64,000 nt of DNA from NCBI GenBank assembly GCA_963708075.1, contig OY970194.1, forward strand, positions 6,208,001 to 6,272,000. Direction: 5' to 3'. The notes beneath the pieces were generated by a model. It searched no databases and was not told the origin of the DNA. It saw nothing but the letters and a program-made list of their open reading frames with translations. The stretch comes from Sedimentisphaerales bacterium (GTDB lineage Bacteria; Planctomycetota; Phycisphaerae; Sedimentisphaerales; Anaerobacaceae). The position numbers and the translations under genes are program-made. Below, one piece after another: positions 1 through 9,502 of the stretch (its first letter is position 1; each line of letters starts with the position of its first letter).

Positions 1-36
1 GGATCACGCGGGATAAGGCCTTCCCCACTGGGATAC

Positions 37-175
37 CTAAATCCAAAGCCTGACCCTGACCCCTCTGACCCCTTTCTCCCCCTCCCAAGGACTAGAGACG
101 TCCGGCGAAAAAATGTAGCACAGCCGCCCCCGGCTGTGGATCCCCTCAGCCTAAATCCAAAAGCCTGACCCCATT
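37..175. repeat. Repeated CCTAAATCCAAA(A)GCCTGACCC motif (about 37-57 and 150-172) plus a GTAG-type REP at 115-138
   Basis: Direct repeat read in the sequence; GTAGCACAGCCGCCCCCGGCTGTG hairpin. Confidence 0.6.
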
Positions 176-228
176 TACCCGCCATTTACCCGTTTGCCTT
201 TCTGTCAGTTTGTCCCTACAATACCACC

Positions 229-898
229 ATGGATCAGCAAGATGTTCACACGGATGAGACGCCGCGACGGCGTGAGCAGATCTGTGCCATCTGTGGCGTG
301 GCAGCGGCCACAACTCGCGATCATGTGCCACCCAAAGGTATTTTCGCTGAGCCTCGACCCTCTGACTTGGTGACGGTTCCTGCGTGTGTGGCATGCAATG
401 CCGATGGCTCGAAGTACGACGAGAGCTTTCGCGTCCACCTGAGCCTCGGTGTGGGCGCAGAGACTCCAGCTACACAACGATTGCGCAAATGGAGCAATGC
501 GGACAATGGCGAGCAATCGCAAGCTCACGAGACAAATCTTGGAATCCTTGGAGCCAACATATCTGACCACACGCGGAGGGATCATTATAGGCAAAGGTTA
601 TCGCGGAAAGTGGGATTCTGAGGCTCACAACAGAGTAGTCGAGCGAACAACACGAGGCCTATATTACCATCATTTCGGAGAAATCTTGGGTGCGAAGGTG
701 GATGTGACAGTTCGCTGGGTCACGAGCCTCACGCCAGAGATGCTTGAGGCCACCAGAGAGTGTTACCAGGCTTCCATGGGGGGCGATGCTCTCATCTACC
801 GATATGGGCGGGCCGTCGATGGGCCTTTGTATTCCATTTGGCTGTTCCAGTTCTATGGGCGTCACTGGGCAAGAGCGTCGACTCGTCCAAGCACGTAG
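229..898 (+). CDS. HNH-like Zn-finger endonuclease family protein, split by a frameshift near 482-487 (ORFs 229..621 and 449..898)
   Basis: CAIC...TRDHVPPKGIF...VPACVACN motif; protein-like sequence continues in the +1 frame (ANGAMRTMASNRK...RTTRGLYYHHFG). Confidence 0.65.
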
Positions 899-1036
899 GT
901 GTTGGGACGAACAGGGGGGGGTTAGGGGCCAGCCCTTAAGTTAAGCGTTAAGGTTGGCGAGGGCGGTGGCCATTGAGTTTGGCGGCGATGGAGGCCACTG
1001 GGGGAGGAACTGGGAGGAAGAAGGGTCACATCTTTA

Positions 1037-2849
1037 CGGGCTGTTGCCGGAAGCAGCCGTGAGGGAGCGGTCATGGGTAGCAGGGGCCGGAAGGCACAGG
1101 GGTCGCTCCGCGGCGATGAATCGACTGTAGAGGCTTCAGGAAGGTCCGGAGAAGTCCTGCCGGCGTGTCCAGAATGGTCCCGAGCGTGTGTGGGGCCGGG
1201 GCGCTGTGGCCTGGAGCCTGCGAGCAGGCCCCACGAGTGCGCCGACCCGTATGGCGCAGAAGGGTTCGCAAGTTCTGCACCGTCGCAATCAGCAGATCCT
1301 GAATCCGCTGACGCCAGAGCCGACGCCACCGGGCCCGCTTGAACCCATGGTGCGTCGCCGCATCCCCGAAGCTGCCCTCCATCCGCCATTTACGACGCCG
1401 GCGGTCGCGTGTGGCCGCCCGGCTGTGCGATTGCGCCCGGGCGGCGTCGATCGCGTCCTGGTCATAGTGCCGCTTGATCGTCCGGGCGGTCCCCTTGGCG
1501 CGGGTGCATTGCTGGCGCATCGAGCACTCCTGGCAGACCGCGGCGGCACAGGCGTATTCATAGGCCTGACGCTGCTTCTTGTGCTTGCGACGTGTGAGCG
1601 TCTGGCCTGCCGGACAGCGGTAGGTGTCGCTCGTGGAATCGTAGAGAAACTGCTCGATGCCGAAGATGCCCTGCATACAGGGTTTGTTCGCCTGCGACAA
1701 CGTCAGGTCCGCCATGTGGCTGTTGATCCCACGCTGCCGACAAGCCCGGAAGTTCTCCACCGTGCCGTACTGCATGTCGGCCACCACCGTCTCTGTCGTG
1801 CAGCCGGTGTTCTGCTCGTGCTGATCCGCCAGGTCCATCAACTTGGCGTTCTCTTCCACATCCCCGGCCGTGGTGGCCACCGCCGTGATGACGCCACACA
1901 GATCATCCACCACCCGATGATTCTTGTACCGCGCCCGGGGGCCATGGGGCCCTTTGCGAACGATGGCGGCATCCGGATCGCTCGTGCTGACCATGGAGCG
2001 GTTCTTGGGCTTATAGTACTTCTTGGTCCCGCTCGGGGGCGACTGGGTGGCAGGCACAGGAGCAGGCGTCTGGCCGCAGGGGCCCTCCCCTTCGTTGGAG
2101 GCCGCCGTGGCAGTCGCGGCAGCTGGCGAGGCAATCGCCTTCGGGACCGATGCACAGGCTTCACTCGTGGCCATAGAGCCGTCGGCGGCGGGCTTAGGCG
2201 GGGAAGGTTCAGGTTCCTGCAGTTTCGTCATCTCGCCTCGAAGCGCCTGTCGCAGACGCTCGATCCAGAGTTCCGGGCCCTTGCAGACGGAGTTGTTGGA
2301 GGCGTTGGCGTCCACCAGGCTGCCATCCATGTGTATCTTGCGTCCGTTGACCAGACCGGCCTGGACACACTGAGCGACTCCCCTGGCGAAAGCCGTCTCG
2401 AACACCTCGCTGCCCCAGCGGCGGCGGGCCTTGCTCAGCACGCTATGGTCGGGCACCTCGCTATCGAGGTCATAGCCCAGGAACCACAGCCAGTCCAAAC
2501 GGTACGGCAGGGTCCGCATCAACTCCCGCTCCGAGGCCACATCGTAGAGGAACAACAGCAGCATCAGCTTGAGGATCACCGGCGGCGGCACCGAGACGTT
2601 GCCCTTGACGCCGTAGCGCCTCTGGACCAAGCCGTAGGTGAACTCGAAATCCACCATCGCCCGGATCTTGCGAAGCAGATGGTCCTGTGGAATCCGCTGC
2701 TCCAGAGAGAAATCGTAGTAGAAGAGTTTGCCCGACGGCTGTGACTGTCTGCCCATCATAAGGAGTCCCTTCCTTACCACCAATTCATCAGGACTCCTAA
2801 AGTATACTCACATACTCCTGAAAAGCAAGCCTATTCCGGCAACAGCCCG
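1037..2849 (-). mobile_element. Complete IS1182-family insertion sequence
   Basis: Perfect 16-bp terminal IRs CGGGCTGTTGCCGGAA (1037-1052 and 2834-2849); 4-bp direct repeat TTTA at 1033-1036 and 2850-2853; encloses one transposase. Confidence 0.92.
1071..2759 (-). CDS. IS1182-family DDE transposase
   Basis: DUF772-like N-terminus (IPQDHLLRKI...VPPPVILKLMLL...PDHSVLSKARRR), IHMDGSLVDANAS, STSDPDA, VADMQY, YRCPAG, MEGSFGDA...HGFKRARWR; start likely MMGRQ at 2759. Confidence 0.93.
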   Translation of the reverse strand: MMGRQSQPSGKLFYYDFSLEQRIPQDHLLRKIRAMVDFEFTYGLVQRRYGVKGNVSVPPPVILKLMLLLFLYDVASERELMRTLPYRLDWLWFLGYDLDSEVPDHSVLSKARRRWGSEVFETAFARGVAQCVQAGLVNGRKIHMDGSLVDANASNNSVCKGPELWIERLRQALRGEMTKLQEPEPSPPKPAADGSMATSEACASVPKAIASPAAATATAASNEGEGPCGQTPAPVPATQSPPSGTKKYYKPKNRSMVSTSDPDAAIVRKGPHGPRARYKNHRVVDDLCGVITAVATTAGDVEENAKLMDLADQHEQNTGCTTETVVADMQYGTVENFRACRQRGINSHMADLTLSQANKPCMQGIFGIEQFLYDSTSDTYRCPAGQTLTRRKHKKQRQAYEYACAAAVCQECSMRQQCTRAKGTARTIKRHYDQDAIDAARAQSHSRAATRDRRRRKWRMEGSFGDAATHHGFKRARWRRLWRQRIQDLLIATVQNLRTLLRHTGRRTRGACSQAPGHSAPAPHTLGTILDTPAGLLRTFLKPLQSIHRRGATPVPSGPCYP

Positions 2850-3105
2850 TTTAATTAACGAATTATTGCGTCGGAGGAGGATAGGCGATGCTGCAAGGGG
2901 GAGGGGGGCAGGTCTGCAATTAGGAATTATTCATTATTCGGTTTTGCGTTCGGCGTCACAGGGCATCGGCGAACTCAGGGCGGAACTGGAACCAGGGACA
3001 AGACAAAGCCGGACAGGTTTCGGTGGGGCACTCTGGTGCCTTCGAAACCCATCCGGTTAGCGGTGATTCGGTCCTTTGACGCAGGGTTCCTGCTTTCGGA
3101 ACCCG

Positions 3106-3225
3106 TCAGACGCTTTTGACCTTGATCTTCTTATGTTTGGGCTTGGCCTGTTCGTTTTTGGGCAGCTTGACTTTCAAGACGCCCCGGCTGAATTCGGCCT
3201 CGGCCTTTTCTTCGTTCCACCTCCG
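3106..3225 (-). pseudogene. C-terminal remnant of an Hsp20/alpha-crystallin small heat-shock protein
   Basis: EEKAEAEFSRGVLKVKLPKNEQAKPKHKKIKVKS matches the Hsp20 C-terminus; the upstream part of ORF 3106..3393 is not Hsp20-like. Confidence 0.7.
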
Positions 3226-3452
3226 CCGGCAGGTCGATGATCCGATCGAAGGACCCACAGGAGATTTCGTGACGGTAATAGCCTCTCTCCTCTTCCTTCT
3301 CCTCATGGTGCTTCTGGCCGGCGATTCGCAGGGAGTCCCTAGTTTCCTAGTTTCCTGACGTAGATCAATGGAATTGCTTCTGCGGGTCGTCACTCATAAC
3401 CCCATGATTCCGGCCGCTGCATGAGGACCGAGACAGAGCAGGTCCATCCCCA

Positions 3453-4094
3453 TTATCCGCAAACTGTGAATCCCGTCTCCAGCAGCCACTCCTTGACGAA
3501 GTGGACATAGTCACGGTATGTCAATTTCGTCCGTTGTATTTTGGCGTGGCGACACATCTCGGGTAGCTTCTTCTGGAACTCCACATAAAGTTTATAGATC
3601 TGTCTCCCGCCGGGAAGGATGCGAGTCCCGTCTATGCCTGGGGCGGCTGCCAACCAGTCTCTTAACACGTTGATGATACGGGATATACGGTTGTTGTGTG
3701 AGACAACATCGTGCCCCGCAAAGTCTGAGATAAAATTACGATACCGGCGAGAATGGGAGTCGAGGACAATGCAGGTTTTGACTTTGTGCGACCTGCCACC
3801 GAACTCCCTGGCGCCGAGAAACAAGCCGAGCTCGAATGGCATGTTGAGACGCGGCAACTGATTCCTTTGTCCGGGCCCTGAACGGGACAAGTCGTGGATG
3901 CCCATGGGGCACTGCTTAACCAGTTCCACGATTCTTGCGAATCTCGTCTGCGCCGCGTTGCCGGTCGTCAACGCGCACCGCGGCACACACCCGCACGCGA
4001 TCACCGTAAACACAGTGGCATCGAAGAATGGTTTGTACGTCCCATCGAAGGGAACATTGATGAATACGCGCTGATGCATGATCGTTTCACGCAA
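3453..4094 (-). CDS. Conserved hypothetical protein, probable TIR-like or nucleoside 2-deoxyribosyltransferase-like fold
   Basis: VFINVPFD N-terminal strand, GIHDLSR, PRLNMPFELGLFLG (candidate catalytic Glu), FISDFAGHD. Confidence 0.7.
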   Translation of the reverse strand: MRETIMHQRVFINVPFDGTYKPFFDATVFTVIACGCVPRCALTTGNAAQTRFARIVELVKQCPMGIHDLSRSGPGQRNQLPRLNMPFELGLFLGAREFGGRSHKVKTCIVLDSHSRRYRNFISDFAGHDVVSHNNRISRIINVLRDWLAAAPGIDGTRILPGGRQIYKLYVEFQKKLPEMCRHAKIQRTKLTYRDYVHFVKEWLLETGFTVCG

Positions 4095-4106
4095 CGCATG
4101 CTGGCC

Positions 4107-4337
4107 TTAGCACCCCTTCTTGTATTCACGCGGTCCGCTCTGTGTGGCCGGCTTCTTGCCGGTCTTTTTATGTTGTTGGGGGCCGGCATCCTTCGATGAC
4201 GGCTTGCCATGTCCCTTGGCGCGAGGGCCCGATGACTTCGATCCCCGCCCTTTGACTGCCGCAATGATTCTCTCACGTGGAATTGTACTCTCAACCTCGA
4301 GATTCGCAACGACCTTCCAGTCCGCTTCGTTGGACAT
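4107..4337 (-). CDS. Small basic hypothetical protein
   Basis: 76 aa; GAGGT RBS before the ATG; ends 12 bp before the next co-directional ORF. Confidence 0.5.
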   Translation of the reverse strand: MSNEADWKVVANLEVESTIPRERIIAAVKGRGSKSSGPRAKGHGKPSSKDAGPQQHKKTGKKPATQSGPREYKKGC

Positions 4338-4740
4338 GTTCTACCTCATTCATTCTCTGAACAAACCGTTATTGCCAATGTAATCTCCGTTGAAAAGAAT
4401 GACCTTACCGCAGGGTGTCTCATGATTCAAGGGAAAAGAGAAATTTGATCAGGGCGAACGCAAAGGCCAGAGAACGGGCTCGTCAGGACTGCCGACGGTC
4501 TTTGAAGGCCGCGTTTTTGTGGTCGAGAACCCTATTTCGCCGGAGCAAGATGCATCTTCTGGGCCAAGAACGAGGGTAGAAAGGTCACGAGCAGGGCTTT
4601 TTCAGCGGAATCCACATTTCACAGACGAGGGAATTCCGGGGACATCTATGAGCAAGCCGTTGTCAAGACGGTCGCGGGATTCTTTTCGCGGGAATCCCAG
4701 ACATCTGTTCGGCGTCACATCGCATCATCGAACTCCCGGC

Positions 4741-4834
4741 GGGTGGCAGCGGCAAGCGGAGTCTTCGGAGCTTGCCGATGGTGTTGACGCATATCCGACG
4801 AGCCATCGGCAAGCTGCGCTTGCCGCTGCCACCC
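4741..4834. repeat. Nested-hairpin family A, copy 1
   Basis: GGGTGGCAGCGGCAAG...AGCTTGCCGATGG-loop-CCATCGGCAAGCT...CTTGCCGCTGCCACCC. Confidence 0.9.
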
Positions 4835-4877
4835 ATCATAAGTCTTGAATGCATAACGGTCAGCCAAGCGAAACGTC

Positions 4878-5072
4878 CTTGACGCGTGGGTTGAGAACCC
4901 ACCCTACATGCTGACGCGATGCTCTTTTTCGAAGGAGGCGGGAATCCAGCCACCTATCAAACGATCCTGGACCCCCGCCTGCGCGGGGGTGACATGATGG
5001 TCGTAGGGTGGGGCTTGGCCCACCATGAACTCCGTGCCACAGGAAGCGGTGGGGCAAGCCCCACCCTGCACG
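4878..5072. repeat. Cluster of REP-like palindromes (GTAG/CTAC-type and GGGAATCC-type)
   Basis: CGCGTGGGTTGAGAACCCACCCTAC, GTAGGGTGGGGCTTGGCCCACC, GGTGGGGCAAGCCCCACCCTGC, ACCCCCGCCTGCGCGGGGGT. Confidence 0.75.
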
Positions 5073-5124
5073 CTTTCGCAGGGGTGACAAGAGAGCCTTC
5101 ATGGTGGCCATCCTGTTAGAGGCT

Positions 5125-6207
5125 CTAAAGGGCGCTGTCTACAACGTACCGTGCGCCGAGGATGATGTCCACGCCGAGGGCGGCACTGAGGATCGCCCAG
5201 CGCAGCCAGTGGACTCGCATCTGCTGTCGAATCATCAGGTAGATGATTCCTGTCGCGACGGCGCCGAGCAGGTACATCTTTGCCGTTTCGACGAACAGCC
5301 GGGCGTAGCCGTCGGCCAGGCCGAAGAGGACCTGGAAATAATTGGCCGCGAGGAACAGATTGGTAATCGCCAGCGCGGACAGGATGGCGGCCACGGCCAG
5401 GATCCACTTCTGATCGGCGAAGCCGGCTTCGAGCAGGCCTTGCAGGCCGATGCCGCACAGGACGGCGCACCAGACGAGCGGGATGCTCAGCCACAGGATG
5501 GGGCTGACGCCGAGCCAGGCGATTTTGTCGACGCCGATGAACGACTTGGAGACGGCCAGCAGGAAGCCGGCGAGCATGATGAGAAGAATACTGTAGCGCC
5601 GGGCCTTCCACATCATCACGACCCCGAGCACGAGCGCGGCTACGGGGACATGGTAGAGTCCCATCGTCGCAGCGCCTCGTTTGGCCAGTACCAGCGGGGC
5701 GAGAAGGCCGGCCAGGTCCGGCAATCGCACGTCCGCTCCAAGAGGGGCGGCAAACAGGCGGTAATCGACGAGGACATTGGCCAGCAGATAGAAGAATAGC
5801 AGAATGACGACAAACGGCAGAAGAAGCAGTGCGGTTCCCAGCCACTTGCCTCGTGTCCTCTCCAGGAATACCGCCGGGAGGAACAACCACGGCACGGAGG
5901 CGGCGAGCAGTCCGGCCGACGGGTGAAATTTCGCCAAGCCAAGGATGAAGGGCGTGAAACCATAGACGGCGCCGGCCAATAGCGAGCCGGTGAATCCTGC
6001 CACCCAGCGCCGGCTCAGAAGATAGCCTCCAATCGCGGCAGCACAGGCATTCAGGGGCAATAGCCATTGCCAACCGGTGAAACCGGCGAAGTGAGGCTGG
6101 TAAAGGTAGACGGCGAACGCGCCGTACAAAGCCGCGGCTGTCACGAGCCATGGGAGTGCGGAATGCGGAGTGCGGAATGCGGAGTGTTTAGATGCTGGAT
6201 TGCCCAT
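5125..6207 (-). CDS. Multi-pass integral membrane protein (possibly GT-C/YfhO-like)
   Basis: About 10 hydrophobic segments, LAGAVYGFTPF motif; start placed at MGNP because the longer ORF begins inside a repeat. Confidence 0.7.
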   Translation of the reverse strand: MGNPASKHSAFRTPHSALPWLVTAAALYGAFAVYLYQPHFAGFTGWQWLLPLNACAAAIGGYLLSRRWVAGFTGSLLAGAVYGFTPFILGLAKFHPSAGLLAASVPWLFLPAVFLERTRGKWLGTALLLLPFVVILLFFYLLANVLVDYRLFAAPLGADVRLPDLAGLLAPLVLAKRGAATMGLYHVPVAALVLGVVMMWKARRYSILLIMLAGFLLAVSKSFIGVDKIAWLGVSPILWLSIPLVWCAVLCGIGLQGLLEAGFADQKWILAVAAILSALAITNLFLAANYFQVLFGLADGYARLFVETAKMYLLGAVATGIIYLMIRQQMRVHWLRWAILSAALGVDIILGARYVVDSAL

Positions 6208-6283
6208 TCTGCAAAGTCCGTTCTCACAAGTAGCGCAGGTGGCAGCGTGTAGTACGCTGACCATCCCAAAAACTGTGGGTTGC

Positions 6284-6362
6284 GGGTGCCATGTCCACGC
6301 TCGCGTGGACATGCTTCATTGACGGGCCAAGGCATGCTTACGCAAGCGTAAGCATGGCACCC
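6284..6362. repeat. Double-hairpin family B (GGGTGCCATG...CATGGCACCC), copy 1
   Basis: Homologous copies at 32078-32159 and 56501-56579. Confidence 0.85.
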
Positions 6363-6407
6363 AAACCAACAACCGAAAGCCACCCTCTGAATTGCGGTGG
6401 TCGAAGC

Positions 6408-6471
6408 AGTAGGGTGTGCAATGCACGCCATCAACTGAACCACATGGGAAGGTGTGCGATGCACACCCTAC
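6408..6471. repeat. GTAG REP doublet (REPIN-like)
   Basis: GTAGGGTGTGCAATGCACGCC ... GGTGTGCGATGCACACCCTAC in inverted orientation. Confidence 0.75.
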
Positions 6472-6504
6472 ATGCTAATCCGCAATCATCAATCCGCAAT
6501 CAAG

Positions 6505-7575
6505 TCAGTCTTTCAAAACGACCTGCCCGGTACCACGGGTGATGCGCCCGATGTTATTCACTTTCTCGCCCAACTGGATCAGTTTCGTGGCTACGGCGTC
6601 GGCGAAGTCCTCGGCCACGATGACCACGTAGCCGATGCCCATGTTGAACACGCGGAACATCTCCTCTTCCTCGACGGGCCCGGTCTTCTGCAGGAAGTCG
6701 AAGATTTTGGGCCGGGGCCAGGCCGATTTCTTGACGACCGCGTTACAGTCGCTCGGCAGGACACGGGGGATATTGCCGACGATCCCGTTGCCGGTGATGT
6801 GGGCCATGGCGTGAACGACGCGCTTGACCCTGTACTGGGTGAGCAGCTTGATGATCGGGCGGACGTAGATGCGTGTCGGCGCCAGCAGGGCGTCGCCCAG
6901 GGTGGTGCCGTCGAGCTCGTCGATCACATCGGTCAGCTTCAGCTTGTTTCTTTTGAAGCAGATATTCCGGGCGAGGGCGTAACCGTTGCTGTGCAGGCCG
7001 CTGGAGCGCAGGCCGAGGATGACATCGCCCGGCCGGACGTTTTTGCCGGTGATGATCTTGTCCCGCTCGACGACGCCGACTGCAAAGCCCGCCATGTCGA
7101 AATCGCCCCGGCGATAGGTGTCGGGCATCTCCGCTGTCTCGCCCCCGAGCAGGGCACAATCTGACTCCCGGCAGCCCGCAGCGACTCCCTTGACCATCTG
7201 CGCGACCAGCGCCGGTTCGAGCTTGTGCAGGGCAACGTAATCGAGAAAGAACAGCGGCTCGGCACCCATCACGAGCATGTCGTTGACGCTCATCGCCACC
7301 AAATCGATGCCCACGGTGTCGAACCGTTTGGCCTTGGCGGCCACCTGGACCTTGCTGCCTACGCCGTCCGTGCAGGCGACCAGCACGGGGTTGCGGTAAT
7401 TCTTCTTGAAGAGTTTCTCGTCGTAGTCCAGGCGAAACAGCCCGGCGAATCCCCAGGGCACGTTGATGACCCGGGGCCCGTACGTGCTGGCCAGGGAGGA
7501 TTGGATATTATCGACCATCACGTCGTTGGCCTCGATGTTCACGCCGGCCTGCTCGTAGGTGACGTATTTGCTCAT
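6505..7575 (-). CDS. purM: Phosphoribosylformylglycinamidine cyclo-ligase (AIR synthetase)
   Basis: TYEQAGVNI, TDGVGSK, GIDLVAMSVND, GGETAEMP, SSGLHSNGY, AHITGNG, EMFRVFNMGIG. Confidence 0.97.
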   Translation of the reverse strand: MSKYVTYEQAGVNIEANDVMVDNIQSSLASTYGPRVINVPWGFAGLFRLDYDEKLFKKNYRNPVLVACTDGVGSKVQVAAKAKRFDTVGIDLVAMSVNDMLVMGAEPLFFLDYVALHKLEPALVAQMVKGVAAGCRESDCALLGGETAEMPDTYRRGDFDMAGFAVGVVERDKIITGKNVRPGDVILGLRSSGLHSNGYALARNICFKRNKLKLTDVIDELDGTTLGDALLAPTRIYVRPIIKLLTQYRVKRVVHAMAHITGNGIVGNIPRVLPSDCNAVVKKSAWPRPKIFDFLQKTGPVEEEEMFRVFNMGIGYVVIVAEDFADAVATKLIQLGEKVNNIGRITRGTGQVVLKD

Positions 7576-7635
7576 AGGTGGTGGCGAACTCCTCGAAGGT
7601 GTCTGGTCTTGGCGAACCGCGATCGCAGATCAGGG

Positions 7636-9111
7636 TTAACGTTGCTCTTCGAACATGTAGAGTTGATAACGCTCCAGGGAGAACTTGTTCAGCACGATGT
7701 TGACAGGGATCGGGTACTTGCCGGTCCAGCAGGCCGTGCAGTAATGGTCCTCGGGCAACGCGGCGCCGGAGAGCATGCCCTTGAGCGAGAGATACCCTAT
7801 GCTATCCACCTGAAGGAACTCCTTGATCTGCTCGAGTGTGCGATTATTGGCCAGGAGCTCTTCCCGGGTCGGGAAATCGACACCGTAGTAACAGGGGCAT
7901 CGAATGGGCGGGCAGCTCACCCGCATGTGAATCTCTTTCGCTCCCGCCTCACGCAGGGCGAGGATTTTGCCTCGCGTCGTCGTGCCGCGCACGATGGAGT
8001 CATCGACGACAACAATCCGCTTGCCGGCTACGACCTCCTTGACGATGGCGAGTTTGAGATTGACCTCCATTTCCCGCATCTTCTGGTCCGGCGCGATGAA
8101 CGTTCGGCCGATATAATGGCTACGAACCAGGCCCATATCGAAGGGGATGCCGCTCTGCTCGGCAAAGCCGATAGCCGCCGGCGTGCCACTATCGGGGATA
8201 GGGATGACGACGTCGGCCTCGGCGGGGTACTCCTTGGCCAACTGCCGGCCGAGCCTCTTGCGGACCTCGTGCACGTTCTCGCCGAAGATCCGCGAGTTCT
8301 GCTTGGAAAAGTACACGTGCTCGAACGTGCAATGAGCCGGCGTGATCTCCCCTTTGCGTATGAAGAACCGGCTGTGCAACCCGTTCTTGTCCAGCCGCAC
8401 AATCTCGCCCGGCTCCACTTCGCGGATGAACCTGGCCCCGATCGCGTCGACGGCACAACTCTCGCTGGCCACGAGGAAGCATCCGTCGCGAGTCTGCCCG
8501 ATACACAGCGGGTGGATCCCATAGGGATCGCGGGCCGCCTCGATGTGGTCGACGAAGAGGAAGATGAGCGAGTAGGCGCCCTGGAGGTGATTGAGAACGT
8601 GGCCGAGCGGGTCGGGCTTGTTCTGATGGGTCGGCTTGGCGAGAAGGTGGACGATGATCTCGGTATCGCTGGTGGATTTGAAAATGCTGCCGTACGCCTC
8701 GTATTCGTCGCGCAGCAGCCCGGCGTTGATCAGATTGCCATTATGGGCGACAGCCACCTGCCCTCGCGAGTACTCCGCCAGGAGCGGCTGGCTGTTCTCC
8801 ACGTTCGACGAGCCCGACGTCGAATACCGAACGTGGCCGATGGCCACGGGATTCGCCAGTTTGTCGAGCGTATCCGTGCCGGTGCGGAAGACCCGCATTA
8901 CGGTGCCCATGCCCTTGTAGCATTGGATCAACTCGCCATTGCTGGAGGCGATTCCCGCCGACTCCTGCCCCCGGTGCTGAAGGGCGTGCAGCCCGATATA
9001 GGTCTTCTCGACGGCCTGCGGGTCGCCGAAAATCCCGAACAGCCCGCACTCCTCTTTCTTTTCCGAAAAGACCTCGTACCCATCATCCTGTTGCGAAATT
9101 GGCTTGGGCAT
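7636..9111 (-). CDS. purF: Amidophosphoribosyltransferase
   Basis: Propeptide then EECGLFG, LQHRGQESAG, GHVRYST, HNGNL, VVVDDSIVRGTT, Fe-S cysteines (PCYYG, YCTAC). Confidence 0.97.
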   Translation of the reverse strand: MPKPISQQDDGYEVFSEKKEECGLFGIFGDPQAVEKTYIGLHALQHRGQESAGIASSNGELIQCYKGMGTVMRVFRTGTDTLDKLANPVAIGHVRYSTSGSSNVENSQPLLAEYSRGQVAVAHNGNLINAGLLRDEYEAYGSIFKSTSDTEIIVHLLAKPTHQNKPDPLGHVLNHLQGAYSLIFLFVDHIEAARDPYGIHPLCIGQTRDGCFLVASESCAVDAIGARFIREVEPGEIVRLDKNGLHSRFFIRKGEITPAHCTFEHVYFSKQNSRIFGENVHEVRKRLGRQLAKEYPAEADVVIPIPDSGTPAAIGFAEQSGIPFDMGLVRSHYIGRTFIAPDQKMREMEVNLKLAIVKEVVAGKRIVVVDDSIVRGTTTRGKILALREAGAKEIHMRVSCPPIRCPCYYGVDFPTREELLANNRTLEQIKEFLQVDSIGYLSLKGMLSGAALPEDHYCTACWTGKYPIPVNIVLNKFSLERYQLYMFEEQR

Positions 9112-9502
9112 GGTTCTCACACTGACGCCAAATAAGATTACGTTCCTCACGGCACATCACCCACCGACCCGATAGTGTAGCCGCCAACCCGGGGCAAGTC
9201 AATCCCCGACTCGACATCACGGGCACAAAGACTCCTCCTTTCGCTCTCACCAGTCAGCCTTCCAACCGTAACTATCCGCCTCGCCTGCGCTTACGTAACG
9301 ACACCATTACTACTGGCCCCCGTCAGGTTTGTTCAGAACCGCCGATGTACGCCCGTGCTGGACGCGGTCTGGTTCAAAACGGGGCGTTCGGGGTGACCGC
9401 GGAGGGAGAGTGAGCGTGGCGTCCCAAGAGGATCGCTTCTGGGGTGCAAGGATGGGCCTCCTGACCCATGTCCTTTTGACATATAGACTTATGTCGAACG
9501 GA

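Noticed and set aside
7225..9135. Long antisense ORFs (also 1188..2744, 16573..17562, 19221..20870, 33094..34524, 44363..46144, 60280..61701)
   Set aside because: They are shadows of real genes on the opposite strand, expected from GC-rich codon bias.
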